This document shows positions 13,002 to 26,962 of a stretch of 64,000 bases of DNA, one piece after another (the stretch's first letter is position 1; every line of letters starts with the position of its first letter). The translations under genes were made by a program, and so were the position numbers. The notes under the pieces were generated by a model. The model searched no databases, had not been told where the DNA came from, and worked only from the letters and a program-made list of their open reading frames with translations. The DNA lies in assembly GCF_001194135.2 (NCBI RefSeq), contig NC_068995.1, positions 7,952,957 to 8,016,956 of the forward strand, given 5' to 3'. This DNA is from Octopus bimaculoides. Taxonomy: Eukaryota.

Positions 13002-13400
13002 CATACGAACAGACATACGTATATACATCCACACATACAAACATACGTAGCTATGTATGTATGTATACATGTGTATGTGTGTTTGTGCATACACACCCTT
13101 ACGTTTTATTATTTACGTGTTCACCAACGCGTGCGTGCATCTGCCATCTTGTGTGCCTCATTTCTCTTCCATACATGTACGTATATATGTGATGTTAGTA
13201 GTCAAGATTTCAATCAATTTTTGTGTGTGTGTGTGTGTGTGTTTCCATTTTCGACTTCCATTCTTTTGTAGTTTGCTGTGTTAGTTAAATAAAACGATGC
13301 ATCAATCTTATTTAAACATTTTTCTGACAGATCTTAGAAGATAAAACAAAAACAGAAAAAAATTGTAGCATATACAAAAGTGTATATACGTAGATACAAA

Positions 13401-13447
<47 letters not shown>

Positions 13448-13674
13448 AGGTTCATGAATACGTACGTGTGCTTATATAGATTTGCTATCGTATACATCCA
13501 CACGTAGTCTTACGTCCAAATCCCACGATATATCCAGGCATATATGCACACACACACACACATCTCTCTCTCTCTATCTCTCTCTCTCATATATATNNNN
13601 NNNNNNNNNNNNNNNNNNNNNNNNNNNNNNNNNNNNNNNNNNNNNNNNNNNNNNNNNNNATATATATATATATT

Positions 13675-13708
<34 letters not shown>

Positions 13709-13709
13709 T

Positions 13710-13789
<80 letters not shown>

Positions 13790-13828
13790 CACACAGATAA
13801 ATATTCATGCATGTTTGTGTATGTGTGC

Positions 13829-13871
<43 letters not shown>

Positions 13872-13914
13872 CATATATATACACACACAAAGTAATAGAG
13901 ACAGAAACAGAGAG

Positions 13915-14017
13915 AAAGAGAGAGGGGAAAGAGAGAGGGGAAAGAGAGAGGGGAAAGAGAGAGGGGAAAGAGAGAGGGGAAAGAGAGAGGGGACAGAGTG
14001 AGGGGAAAGAGAGATGG
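13915..14017 (+). repeat. 13-bp minisatellite (AAAGAGAGAGGGG), ~7.5 copies
   Basis: Six exact copies at 13915-13992, then two degenerate copies. Confidence 0.9.
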
Positions 14018-14599
14018 AGGGACGCACATTCGTTTGTTAATTAGGTTGCATAGCAGAAGTCAGAATTTTCTTTTGTGTTTAGGTGTGGGTGTATGTTCTG
14101 TGTTTTAAAGAAATTAATTCTTCAATCAAATCCTGACATTGTATAGAACCAATATTCTTGTACAGAATTCCGACGAGAAATGAAGATTGACGTGAAACTT
14201 TGGAAATTTGAAGCTTCCTTCATGGATATTTGTTTGGCAACCTAACCGGAAGTCGAAGATCAATTTAAACCGATCTTGCCTCATGTTAAGTCGTTTCGAT
14301 AAAGGCCTAATTATTTTTTCTTTTGCAAGCGTGTGTTGTAAATTGGCTTCAATTGAGCCCAGTTTTTGATAGATACTTAATTTCAATAACCGCGGACAGA
14401 TTGCAGAATGTTAAATTAATGTTTCTACGAATGAAGATCATAGTTCAAATGACCGTAAATAAATATTGCAGCACGGTTCATTTTTACCAATCCTTTTGAT
14501 CCACTGCTCCCTAATAAAAGTTATTTCTAGCAAAGGCACAAGCTTGGTGAGACTGTTAAAAGATTAAATCGGTCCCATCATGTAGCTGCTACTTTTTCT

Positions 14600-14835
14600 T
14601 TTGTCCCTGGGGGGATAAAAACACTATTCTTGACAGCGGCAAGATTTGAACTCTGATCGACACCTAACTAAAATTTGAAAGGTATTAGTTCGCTTATCGA
14701 GCGATTCTTTCTACTACAAGCACAAAGACTGAAATTTGGTGAAAGTGATACTTATTTTATCGACCCCTAAAAGATGAAAGACAAAATAGACCACAGTGAA
14801 GTTTGAACACAGAATTTAAAATCGGCTGAAATGCC
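14600..14835 (-). mobile_element. Degraded SINE family B pieces
   Basis: gacagcggcaagatttgaactc and tacttattttatcgacccctaaaagatgaaagac...tttgaacacag...gaaatgccgc. Confidence 0.65.
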
Positions 14836-15877
14836 GCTTTTTTTACACCCTAGACTGTAATAACCCAACACCGTTTAATCCGTAAAGTTCTGATACAAAA
14901 AGTTGCTGTGGTTAGCAAGAAACAGTAGATTTTCCGAACGAGACAGCTTTTGATCATTGTTTATGAGCCTTCAGCTCAAATCTCGCGAGAGTGATTCCTT
15001 TAATTATTTCCTTAATTAATTACGCAACAAAGACAACTGTAACGCGCCCAATAACAAAGATCTAACATTTGTTCACTGCAGACAACATCGGATCCTCATG
15101 AGAATAAAGTGAGCAAGCGTTCACACGCTTAACCTGTGCTTAATACGTGTCAGCATAAAGGTTTGGATGTGTGGTGTAGTCCTCAAATTGGCCGATTCTT
15201 GATACATCATGAACAATAGAATAGTGAGATGGATAATTCCTGGCTGCAATAAACCTGATCAATTACTTATGTTCCAGGACTACTTTGTACCACTACTTTG
15301 GATCCGCGCCCCCGCCGCCATAATCGAAAGCACAATGCGGCGAATGATATTTGAATATATATCTATGCTTGTTCATGTTTGCGTATGCCATACAATAAAA
15401 TAAGTATCACAGGCGTGGTTTTTAGTTATCGATTTAATCAACTTTGTTCTTCTTGTGAAATGTCTATTTTTTAATGTCAAAGTTAGATGGTGGTGGCGTA
15501 CTCCACCTTACACTTCCCTCCCCCCACCAAAAAATAAACTCATATCTATATATGAATGGATATGTCTATATCAATGTATATATATAAAGAGAGAGAGGGG
15601 AGGGAGGGAGAGAGAGATAGAAAAAGAGAGCCCTTTGTACTAAAACACTTATAAATGCGTAGATATGTAGACATAGTTTACCTACAAACCTGTATTCACA
15701 CACATACACGCATACACACACATATACATGTATTTGTGTGTGTGTGTGTGTGCGTGTGAGTACGTGGGAGTCTGCCATATTTGTATGTCCTTATTTATTC
15801 ATTTACATATATATTAGCGATAGATAGATAGATAGATAGATACATACATACATACATACATGATACGTAGATAGGTT

Positions 15878-15930
<53 letters not shown>

Positions 15931-15989
15931 ACACACAGAAAGAAAGAGAGAGAGAGAGTGAGTAAACTATGCGTTTTCTGCCCTTAACA

Positions 15990-16380
15990 GTAAAAGAGCC
16001 GTGACAATGGATAGGATACAGAGTCCATCGCTTTATATAATCGGACATCTAGCTTGCTGACCCTTGCAAAGCACTGATGCACCAATGCAGAAACGCAGTG
16101 AAGCGTTGATACAGTGCTGCAGCGATGCAGTGAAGCATAACGAACCTGCTTTGAAATATGCCTCACCTTCCCCAACAACTATATAATCTCCACAGTTGCC
16201 GTCACCAAAATCCAGATCAAATTGTCCTGTCAACCGACATATTGTCATTCCTAGAATAGTAATCCTTCTTTGATGTCTTGGATCTCTGCTGGATCAACTA
16301 ACAGCCATTAGTTACATTGTCCTTTAATATTACAGTCGTCAGGGCAACCAGTTCTAATGGATGCTATCAGCTTTACATAA
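15990..16380 (-). mobile_element. Degraded RTE-like LINE RT fragment
   Basis: RRITILGMTI...GQF...DGNCGDYI...GEGEAYFK and RLYKAMDSVSY resemble the RT C-terminal VxxFxYLG...DGxCxxEI...KLRLYKAxVxS region. Confidence 0.55.
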
Positions 16381-16693
16381 ATACAGAATCAAAGTCTTAA
16401 TGAATAGTAAAAGCTCTCAACCCAAACAAATTACGTTTTGCAAGCAAATCTTACGTACAACTTCACAAATTGAATGTTTGCGCTGTAAATGTCTCTGACT
16501 TCCTCCTCCACTCAAAAAACCCCGCTCTCCCTTTCACTCTCTCTTCCCACTCTCACTCAATATCGAAAAAGTTCCGTCTTTATCGCTGTCTCTCTGTCCG
16601 CCTGTCTCACTCACTTANNNNNNNNNNNNNNNNNNNNNNNNNNNNNNNNNNNNNNNNNNNNNNNNNNNNNNNNNNNNNNNNNNNNNNNNNNNN

Positions 16694-16725
<32 letters not shown>

Positions 16726-17351
16726 TCTCTCATTCTCTGCCTGCCTCATACATTCGTATCTGTCAAATTGACTGCAAACATTGCGATATATATTTGCTAA
16801 TAATCCTTAATAAATTAACTTGGAAAAGAAATAGTTGAAAACATACACACATTCATACACGCACGCAGGCACATACACAAACATATATACAGATACACAC
16901 ACACCTAAAACATAGTCACACATACCCATTTATACATATACAAAAAACGTAACATACACACACGCAAACACCTGTAGGTTGTGTGTGTGTGTTTGTGTGA
17001 CTGAATAGTATAAAAGAAATCAACTGCCCATGATTTTTAATATAAGTCTGTCCTATAAACACAAACACAGCCACAGATATACGTATTAAAAAGTAAACCA
17101 TGCATATAAGCATATATACATACACACACACAAACGCACACACATGCACACACACGCATACAATACAGTCATATGTGCATGTATATTACATAAACATTTA
17201 TATGTATATATAAATGTGCGATTATATATATTGAAGTTTATATACACACACACACACACATGCATATATATGTATAGAGAGATGTATGTAACTCTTTCTC
17301 TCTCTCTCTCTGTATATATATATATATATATAGATAGATAGATAGATATCG

Positions 17352-17400
<49 letters not shown>

Positions 17401-17524
17401 CGTATGTATTGCAGACTTCAAACACACACATACATTTGCACTCATTCGCGCAAACTTTCATGCTTACTATTATATAAATATATATATACATGCACTCATA
17501 CACCCGCACATGCATGCATCTGAC

Positions 17525-17571
<47 letters not shown>

Positions 17572-18348
17572 CACAGAAATATATCCCCAAAAGATCAACA
17601 ACCACTAAACAAAACCAATCAAACTAAATGAACACTTCATACATATATAAGGACCTGTATATGGGAATACACACACACACACACACAGACATGTATATAT
17701 ATATATTTCATCTCTCTACATTAGTAATAGAAAATTTGGCATGGCTTCTTTGAAAAAAGTGTCGAGTATGAAACTGGCGATAAACATTGGAAATTGTCCA
17801 AGAAGTCTTTCTCGAAAAATACTTGTTTCACTGCAATGTTTATTTAAAATGGAATAAACATTTTCCAAGTTCTTGCAGAACTCCAATACTTCTATCATAT
17901 CACATGTTGTTTATTGATATACAAAGTATAGAGTTATTGTAGACAGGCGGCAAAATGAGAAACAGAGAACAAATTTATTTTATTTGTCACCGAAATAACA
18001 TAAAGCTACTTGGAATGTATTTGAAAAACAAGACTTTATATATGTATATATATATATACATATACATCCTTTCTACTTGTTTCTCCTACATACACATTTA
18101 TACATATATATGTGTGTATGTGTCTGAATTTAGGTGCCTGTATATGTGTGTGTATCTCTATCTACCTGTCTATATATGTTTATACATGCTGATGCGTGTG
18201 TTTTCAGTACAAAAAATATATAAAGACAGTCAAAAGTTGATAAAATAGACTCGCAATACATAAAGCCAGTGGATGTGTTTCATTTTCACAATGTAATAAT
18301 TCGAAGTTCCGTAATTTCCTTGATATGTCGATAAATAGCTGCTATGTA

Positions 18349-18954
18349 TACGTGGTCTGAACAATAACATGACAGAGAAAGTTGAGCTGAGAATCTGCAT
18401 CAAATATTGCCAAAAGATTGGCGATACCTGCTCAGAGGCCGAGGCAAAGTTTTCAGAAAGTTCTCATCGTATTTGACACAAACAAGTAGATCTTGTGCAA
18501 CTGAAACCCGAGTGTCTTTTTGGTCAGCTGAAAGCAGTTTGGGCACAAACTTGACAGACACGCATGTCATACCCAAATCTTCAGTGATAACGGACTGAAC
18601 TGAACCGTAACTAATCTGCACATATTCTGGTAAATCACGGACGGTGATTCGACGATTTCTCCTCACGATGTTTTTCTCAGTTTTGCTGGTTGCGGGTCTC
18701 CCAGAATGTTCGTCAATGTCGACAATTGTTGGCCATCTTGGAAATGTCTGAAGCACTCGTACACTTGTGTGTAGCTCATACACTCCTCTCCATGCACTTT
18801 CTGCAACTATGCGCAGGCCTCTGAACAGGTATCACCATGATATTTTTCTTTGTCGTGGTCAATGTGACGATCACACGCTACACACCTTCCTTCCAAGCAC
18901 CTTTAGCCTTGTTACTATGACAACAGTCCGGATACTTATTGATCAGATCTCGTA
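18349..18954 (-). mobile_element. Internally deleted mariner element with both TIRs and TA ends
   Basis: Right end (rc) TA-CGAGATCTGATCAATAAGTATCCGGAC; left end TA-CGTGGTCTGAACAATAA. Internal frame encodes LQKVHGEECMSYTQVYE...DEHSGRPATSK...RRITVRDL...SYGSVQSVITEDLGM...KFVPKLL...ENFLKT, the mariner N-terminal HTH region. The DD34D domain is absent. Confidence 0.9.
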
Positions 18955-19136
18955 CATATAAATACATATGTAATGCGTATACGTATATCTCTATCTAGCT
19001 GTCTGTCTGTCTGTGACTTTATCTGTCTCTTTCTCCCTCTCTCGTTCGTTTTCCATGCTTTTGTTTTTTTATGCTCTCGTTTCTCATTTTTTTCACGATT
19101 TTTGACGTCCTGTATCCATATAGCATGCATATATAC

Positions 19137-19169
<33 letters not shown>

Positions 19170-19184
19170 GTTGTGTACATATAT

Positions 19185-19252
19185 GTATCTATATATGCAT
19201 ATATATATTATTTATATTATTATATGATGGAACTTCACGCATCCATTTCCAA

Positions 19253-19319
<67 letters not shown>

Positions 19320-19407
19320 TATATACATACATGCATATATGTATGTATATATGCATATATATATTATTAATATTATTATATGATCGAACTTCGCGCATCC
19401 ATTCCAA

Positions 19408-19454
<47 letters not shown>

Positions 19455-19480
19455 TACATACGTACATACATACATACATA
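19185..19480. repeat. Local tandem duplication (~160-bp unit) embedded in (TA)n
   Basis: tattattatatgatggaacttcacgcatccatttccaagtgtgtgt (~19215-19260) repeats as tattattatatgatcgaacttcgcgcatccattccaagtgtgtgt (~19372-19415). Confidence 0.85.
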
Positions 19481-20021
19481 CATAAAATAGAAAGCCATGT
19501 ACAAAGTTAATTGTTTTTAAACTAAACGCCTTAACACATCAAATCAGCACTCCAGAATGAGCGCAGTCCAATGACTAAGACGAGCAAAAAAAAAAACAAA
19601 AAAAAACAAAAAAAAAACAAAACTCAAATACGAATAGAGTATAATAAAAAAAAAACAGTCATGCCTTTGACGCCCATGCTGGTGACCTTTCACTATCACC
19701 ACCAGTATTCTTGTACATTCTAGTAAAAGACATAATGTTAACCTCATTTGACCACAAGCTCTGTGTTTCCATAAAGCAGGAGTTTGGCGCCTGTGATAGA
19801 CATATAACGATTTCTTACGTTATAAATGATACAAGAAATCAATACAACTTCAGTTTAGTCCTTCGCTGCTATATTTATAAAGTAGAAGTTTGTTTACTCT
19901 GTGACAGACAGCCTCTTACCTACAGTCATATTTTGTGAACAATTTGTCTACCACGATTGGTTTCTGGCTTCAGAAAATATACACACGTACATACATATAT
20001 ATATATATATATATACATACA

Positions 20022-20078
<57 letters not shown>

Positions 20079-21048
20079 NNNNNNNNNNNNNNNNNNNNNN
20101 NNNNNNNNNNNNNNNNNNNNNNNNNNNNNNNNNNNNNNNNNNNNNNNNNNNNNNNNNNNNNNNNNNNNNNNNNNNNNNNNNNNNNNNNNNNNNNNNNNNN
20201 NNNNNNNNNNNNNNNNNNNNNNNNNNNNNNNNNNNNNNNNNNNNNNNNNNNNNNNNNNNNNNNNNNNNNNNNNNNNNNNNNNNNNNNNNNNNNNNNNNNN
20301 NNNNNNNNNNNNNNNNNNNNNNNNNNNNNNNNNNNNNNNNNNNNNNNNNNNNNNNNNNNNNNNNNNNNNNNNNNNNNNNNNNNNNNNNNNNNNNNNNNNN
20401 NNNNNNNNNNNNNNNNNNNNNNNNNNNNNNNNNNNNNNNNNNNNNNNNNNNNNNNNNNNNNNNNNNNNNNNNNNNNNNNNNNNNNNNNNNNNNNNNNNNN
20501 NNNNNNNNNNNNNNNNNNNNNNNNNNNNNNNNNNNNNNNNNNNNNNNNNNNNNNNNNNNNNNNNNNNNNNNNNNNNNNNNNNNNNNNNNNNNNNNNNNNN
20601 NNNNNNNNNNNATATATATATATATATACAAATATACCTGTAGTTGATCACAAACAAGAAACCTAAATGTACTAATTTTAAATATTGAAATATTTAATTA
20701 TTATCCATTGATGAATTCCAAATGACATAATATAATAATGTGTATTACTTTTGATGAAATACCTAATCTTCAATTGTATACCTGAAATATGGTCTTTTGC
20801 GACAGAAACAGCTGTCTAGTGAAATTAAATAAATAATCCATATTAGCATCAAAAGCTGTTCCATTTATTTGATGACATTTTTTGCACTCTGTCTAATAAA
20901 TTGATTCTTCTAATGAACTTTATTGATATATATTCATGTGGAAATGAAAGGAATTTTTTAAAGGAAGTATGATAAAAAAAAAGAAAACTTTAGAAATCTA
21001 AGGAATAATGTCCTAAACGGAAGAAGTATTTTCATCCCCAAAATATAA

Positions 21049-21478
21049 TACCGTAAATCCACGAGTATAATCCGCACTTTTTCCCAAAATTTAAAGGTAA
21101 AAATTTCTAGTGCGTACTATATACGAGTTTAAAAATCAAAAATATTTTCTAAGCAAAATTTTCTAAGCGATAAATATGTAAAGGTAATATACTTAATATT
21201 TATTTTTCACTGACGTTATTACTGGTATTTCTTTATTTTCTGCAAACAAAGTGCACAAAAAAGCTACACGTTTGCATTATCTTATATATACAATAATAAT
21301 GAAGTACGTTACCATATATATGTTTACAAATCAAGGACGTTATATTGACCTGCTTGACTCAAGTTAGAGAAGGGGTGCGTATTATACACAATGTTTAGGT
21401 TTCTCAGAGTTACAATCCCCGCTAAAAATCCCCTGCGTATTATACTCAAGGGCGGACTATACTCGAGGATTTACGGTA
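21049..21478. mobile_element. Tc2/pogo-like MITE (430 bp), TA-flanked
   Basis: Left TA-CCGTAAATCCACGAGTATAATCCGC; right end (rc) TA-CCGTAAATCCTCGAGTATAGTCCGC. That is a 25-bp TIR with 2 mismatches; CCGTA termini are typical of Tc2-type elements. Confidence 0.9.
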
Positions 21479-22748
21479 TATATAAACATGCATAGAGATA
21501 TACAATTACGCACACACAGATAGATAGATAGATAAAAATAGTCGCTCAGTATTGTTCAATGTGAAACGTGAACCTGCAACCTAGTAGTTACATTACGTTA
21601 ATATCAATCCAGACAACTATTCATCTACACATTTCCTTATCTTATTTCATTTCCTCAACACATGTCTTCAATTGTTAGCAATACTTAAAATGTGTTTATT
21701 GTATTTGCATAGACACTTGTTTAATGTTTGAGTGTCTACAAGCATGCAATAACCACCGCCTCTGTTATGTCATAAAATCAGACATGTTGTATACGACCGA
21801 CACATACATAGACACCCAAATACGCATCAATTCAAATGTATACAAACCTATACACACACACACACACACATACATACATACATATGTATATAATATAGAT
21901 GTATAGATATGTGTGTATGTGTCTGTTTGAGAGTGTAAATTATTAATTTATCTGTTTATATATATATGTATATACTTACACATTCATATACCTTCCTACC
22001 TACCTACCTACATATATATATATATATATATANNNNNNNNNNNNNNNNNNNNNNNNNNNNNNNNNNNNNNNNNNNNNNNNNNNNNNNNNNNNNNNNNNNN
22101 NNNNNNNNNNNNNNNNNNNNNNNNNNNNNNNNNNNNNNNNNNNNNNNNNNNNNNNNNNNNNNNNNNNNNNNNNNNNNNNNNNNNNNNNNNNNNNNNNNNN
22201 NNNNNNNNNNNNNNNNNNNNNNNNNNNNNNNNNNNNNNNNNNNNNNNNNNNNNNNNNNNNNNNNNNNNNNNNNNNNNNNNNNNNNNNNNNNNNNNNNNNN
22301 NNNNNNNNNNNNNNNNNNNNNNNNNTATATATATACTGAGATATTTACATACACATATAAATATGTACGTATGTATGTATGTATGTATGTATGCGTTCGT
22401 GGATCTTTGTTTCGAGCTGTGTGTGTCCGTGGGTGAGTTTAGAGATTATAAAAAACAAACAAACATAAAAAGCAGACGTTTATACTTATGCTGTCATACT
22501 TATAAGTCTTTCATTCTATACATCTAGAGCAACCGACAAACAGAAACGGGAAACGCATACACACACACACACATACACTCACACATACACTCAGACATGC
22601 ACCACAGGCAGACATAAATACGCAATCACAAAACAAATTATAAGAATAAAATAATAAACTCAATGAAATACAATCAAACGATAACAAATGTTTAATATAA
22701 GTAAATAGAAACTTTCAAATGATCTGTTAGATACGCAATATGCAAAAA

Positions 22749-22788
<40 letters not shown>

Positions 22789-22836
22789 TAAATATGTATA
22801 CATGCATACGCTCTTACATTGCTACTTGCAGGCACA

Positions 22837-22876
<40 letters not shown>

Positions 22877-23156
22877 TTATAAATGTATTATGTATATATA
22901 TGCATGTTTATATCTATCTATATATATATATATATATATATATGTGTGAGGGGGTGTCTGTTCATGCGCGCTTTTGTGTACATACCTATATACGTACGTT
23001 TATATCTGTATTCTTATATATAGTAACAGACACAAAAGCGCGGGCACACACACACATAAACACACACACACACACAAACACAAACACATATACACTAACA
23101 TATATCTATCTGTCTATCTATCTAGCTATCTATAATAATTGTAATACTTACATACA

Positions 23157-23252
<96 letters not shown>

Positions 23253-23253
23253 C

Positions 23254-23290
<37 letters not shown>

Positions 23291-23964
23291 ACATACTTAT
23301 CGAATAACAAGCAATTGGAGCTATTTTCTTACTCAAATATTAAAAATATGCTTTTTACGATTATTAACTCTTACCATTTATTTGTTTATTTCATATTTCC
23401 TATTGAACTATTTCAAGAAATCTTTATTCCACATTAATAAGAAGAATTCTTGTTATTGTTATCATTATTATCATTACAACTATTTTTATTATTCTTCGTA
23501 TTACTATCAATATTATTAACATTATTATTACTATCTTATTGTTGTTGTTACCCTTATTATAATACTTATCATTTTATATTATCATTATTATTATCATTAT
23601 TTTTATTATTATTGTTATTATTTTCGTTATTAATATCAGTATTAAGGTTATTAATAATAATATTCTTGTTTCATAATCATAATAGTCCCCAGATTACATT
23701 TGAGGATTAAATTTTAGAAAGCTCAAGCTGTATTTAAGATATATGCTTATTTATAAACCATGTTGTCTTACTCCTGCAACAAGTTCAATGATATTTTAAT
23801 CTTTCAAATCGTAAACTATGTAGATTTTTTTTTCATTTGAAGATATAACTACAACATCAGATATGTCATAAATACATACGTATATACACACATGTATGCA
23901 AACACACACACACACACACACACACATACGGATGTGTGTGTATGTGTGCATGCATGTATGTATT

Positions 23965-24330
23965 GTTTTATTCTTTTACTTCTTCGAGTCATTTGACTGT
24001 GGCTATACTGAAGTAGCGCCTTAAAGGGTTTTAGTCAAAGAAATCGACCTCCAGGACATATTCTTTGCAAGGTTAGTACTTATTCTATCGGTTTCTTTTG
24101 CCGAATCGCTAGGTTACGGGGACGTTAACACACCAAAATCGGTTGTCAAGTGATGACGAGTGGGGACAAACACAGACACACATTAATATATACACACATA
24201 TCTATAAATATACAATGTGCTTCTTTTAGTTTCCGTCTACCAAACCAAGTCATAAGGGTTCGGTCGGCCCGAACTTATAGTGAAACATACTTGTCCAAGG
24301 TGACATGCAGTTCGACTGAACTCAGAACCA
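23965..24330 (-). mobile_element. SINE family A, near full length
   Basis: Tail gagtcatttgactgtggc...tacttattctatcggtttcttttgccgaatcgctagg; body ttccgtctaccaaacc...ggtcggccc; head gactgaactcagaaccatgtgg. Confidence 0.85.
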
Positions 24331-25560
24331 TGTGGTTCGGAAATACATACACACAAACACACACACACACACACACCCGAATGCTGAACTCACAGGAAAG
24401 ATCCAGGGGAACAATTACAAGGTAGTCTGATGTCACATAAGCGTCCTAGGAATTAGTGATCGCACTTGCGTGAGACTTAATTCCGGGATGAAGCGAGACG
24501 TGTTTAGGAGAACATTAGAATAATGGAAAATGGAGACAAATGCTCAAGATGTTATTTAAGTCCTTTATATCACCATATCACCGACATATGTTTCGATAGA
24601 TGTATTAAAATAAATCCGAGATGAATAATGTGGAACAATGTATGAATCATATCAGGGGTGGATATATACAACAGCGTGCATTAATAACATGTAAGAAACC
24701 AGAATATATATATATATATANNNNNNNNNNNNNNNNNNNNNNNNNNNNNNNNNNNNNNNNNNNNNNNNNNNNNNNNNNNNNNNNNNNNNNNNNNNNNNNN
24801 NNNNNNNNNNNNNNNNNNNNNNNNNNNNNNNNNNNNNNNNNNNNNNTATATATATGATGTATGGAAACTGTTATATATGTATATATATATTATATAGAAA
24901 GTAAATTCCTTGCGATAACAAATGTAACACTGCAATTTACAACATTTAATATACCATTTTAAAAAAATCGTTATAATTCTAATATCCCAGTAGCTTAAAT
25001 AACTGCATCGTATAAAGGAGAAAAGTTTACCCTATCTAGATATAAACCTTTTCTCGTCAAAAGATGTAATTTTTTACTCCATTTATCTAATTATTTAAGA
25101 TTTCTCCCTATATTAACGCAATTTTTTTTTTTCAGTCGTTCAAACTCTCACTGTCTTTTTTCATAAGATCATTTTAAATCTTATTGCTTGTTCTTTCGTT
25201 CTATTAACATTTTTGTCTAAGAATTAGATTTTTCTTCCAATTATTATTTAAAGCTGCTCTAAATTTTCTTTAGTTTCTTACTCCTTAAATTATCCCTTTA
25301 TATTTATCTGATTTCTGTTGAACAATTTCCAATGCAAATTTGCTTTGCACGTGTATACATAGATACGTACGGATACCTTTATTTCCATCTATCTATAAAT
25401 ATATATATATATATATATATAAAAACATACATTGAGAGATACCGGCATATATATATATACACATACACACACATCTATATTCATATATATATGTATTTAT
25501 ATATGTGTGTGTATGTGTATTTATGTACGTATCGGTATAAATATACACACGTGCATATAC

Positions 25561-25636
<76 letters not shown>

Positions 25637-26129
25637 CGAGAGAGAGAGAGAGAGAAATAGAAAGAGAGAGATAGAGAAAGAGAGAGATAGAGAAAGAGAG
25701 AGAGAGTGAGTGAGAGACATGCATGTATGTATTTATAAGGTGAAAGAAATTTCCATAAACACGTTATCATTATTTTAAACACGTCCAGCACGAATTACAT
25801 GATCTTAAACACACATTTCTGTATACGTACATATTCCTAACAACTGTTTTTTTTTTTTGTATCATAAGCATACTTGTATAGTTGCTCATATGACGAATAT
25901 TTACATTCCGAATTAAATCATACAGTCTTACCTAGCAATTTGCTCTCGCTATCTTTACATCATAACTTTCGCGTATACACCATTGTCATTTGAGTCTTTT
26001 TAAATTACAATCTCAATTTCCGCAACTAATTCTTTTTTCCTACACACTCACTCGGTTATTTTTCCGCTTCAGTTTGAAATCTCTTATGGTTTCTTTTAGC
26101 TTCCCTTACACGTTTCAGTCTTGAATTTT

Positions 26130-26962
26130 AGTCGAATAGGGGATATTTGTGATTTGACGGCCAACACTTGTTTTCTTAACGAAACACTTTCAAACTTGGA
26201 CACTGGTAGAATGTGTCATACAAAACAACTTTTTCTCTTAGCCTTCTTAACAAAAAATTGTACATCGCAAGTTATTTCATGTTAAAGTTGTCGTATTTCT
26301 GTAATTTCAACCAATCACTGACGTCTATTCAGCTGAATACATTCAGCGCTCTTTCGTAAACAATCATTTTTGGCCGGTCATAAAAATGTTATTCACTGTG
26401 ACATATTTCATCTGGTTTAATCGTAATTTATACGCATATATTGTTTATATAATAAATTACGCTGTGCGTATCTGTGTGTGTATATTTTTGCCATGACCTC
26501 ACTCATAACCTTAACCCTAACTCTAAAACCCTAACCCTAAACTAGAGTTTGATTTGAAGAAGATTTGGCTGCTATTTCTAGGAAATGAAGCACTTGGTGG
26601 AGGTGCATTAATAATTGTGGCAGCTCCAATAACAAGTGCAGGCAATATTCAAGTATTTTGATGGCTTTTTCCCCTTTGTTTACGAACAGTCTAGTTAATC
26701 GGAAATGTCAGAACTAACGGGGATTAATACCATATACACCGTCACAGCAGTAACTATATTCAACTGAACAGACGTCAGTGATTAGTTGAAATTATCGAAA
26801 TAAGACAATTTTTAACGTGAAATACCTTCGAATACAAAATTTTTTATCTGTTCTATACCACAAAATATACAAGCATACGAAGTTTGAAAGTGCTTCGGTA
26901 CCAAAAACACTACATAAAAAAAATGTTGCCCGTCAAACCATAAAGATCCCGAATAGGCCCTA
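26130..26962. mobile_element. MITE-like element with long (~200 bp) imperfect TIRs and an internal (CCCTAA)-like array
   Basis: gatttgacggccaacac...cactttcaaactt (26150-26199) mirrors aagtttgaaagtg...gttgcccgtcaaacc (26880-26939). atttcaaccaatcactgacgtctattcagctgaat (~26304-26338) mirrors attcaactgaacagacgtcagtgattagttgaaat (~26758-26792). End positions are approximate. Confidence 0.75.

Noticed and set aside
12413-13096. Long ORFs rich in HT, YI, CV or X (this one and many similar in the track, e.g. 19901-20666, 27572-28284, 39240-39899, 50339-50962)
   Set aside because: They are dinucleotide microsatellites and N-gap read-throughs, not genes.
13915-14017. Regularly spaced repeats that might suggest a CRISPR array
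   Set aside because: They are head-to-tail minisatellite units with no unique spacers, in eukaryotic DNA with no cas genes. No CRISPR array is present in the window.
16167-16250. 84-bp AG/GT-bounded phase 1-1 segment reading GMTICRLTGQFDLDFGDGNCGDYIVVGE, superficially CUB-like (FDLD...C.DY)
   Set aside because: It sits inside a stretch with RTE reverse-transcriptase similarity on both sides, and DGNCxxxI is itself an RT motif. The polypyrimidine tract is poor. Exonisation cannot be fully excluded without RNA-seq.
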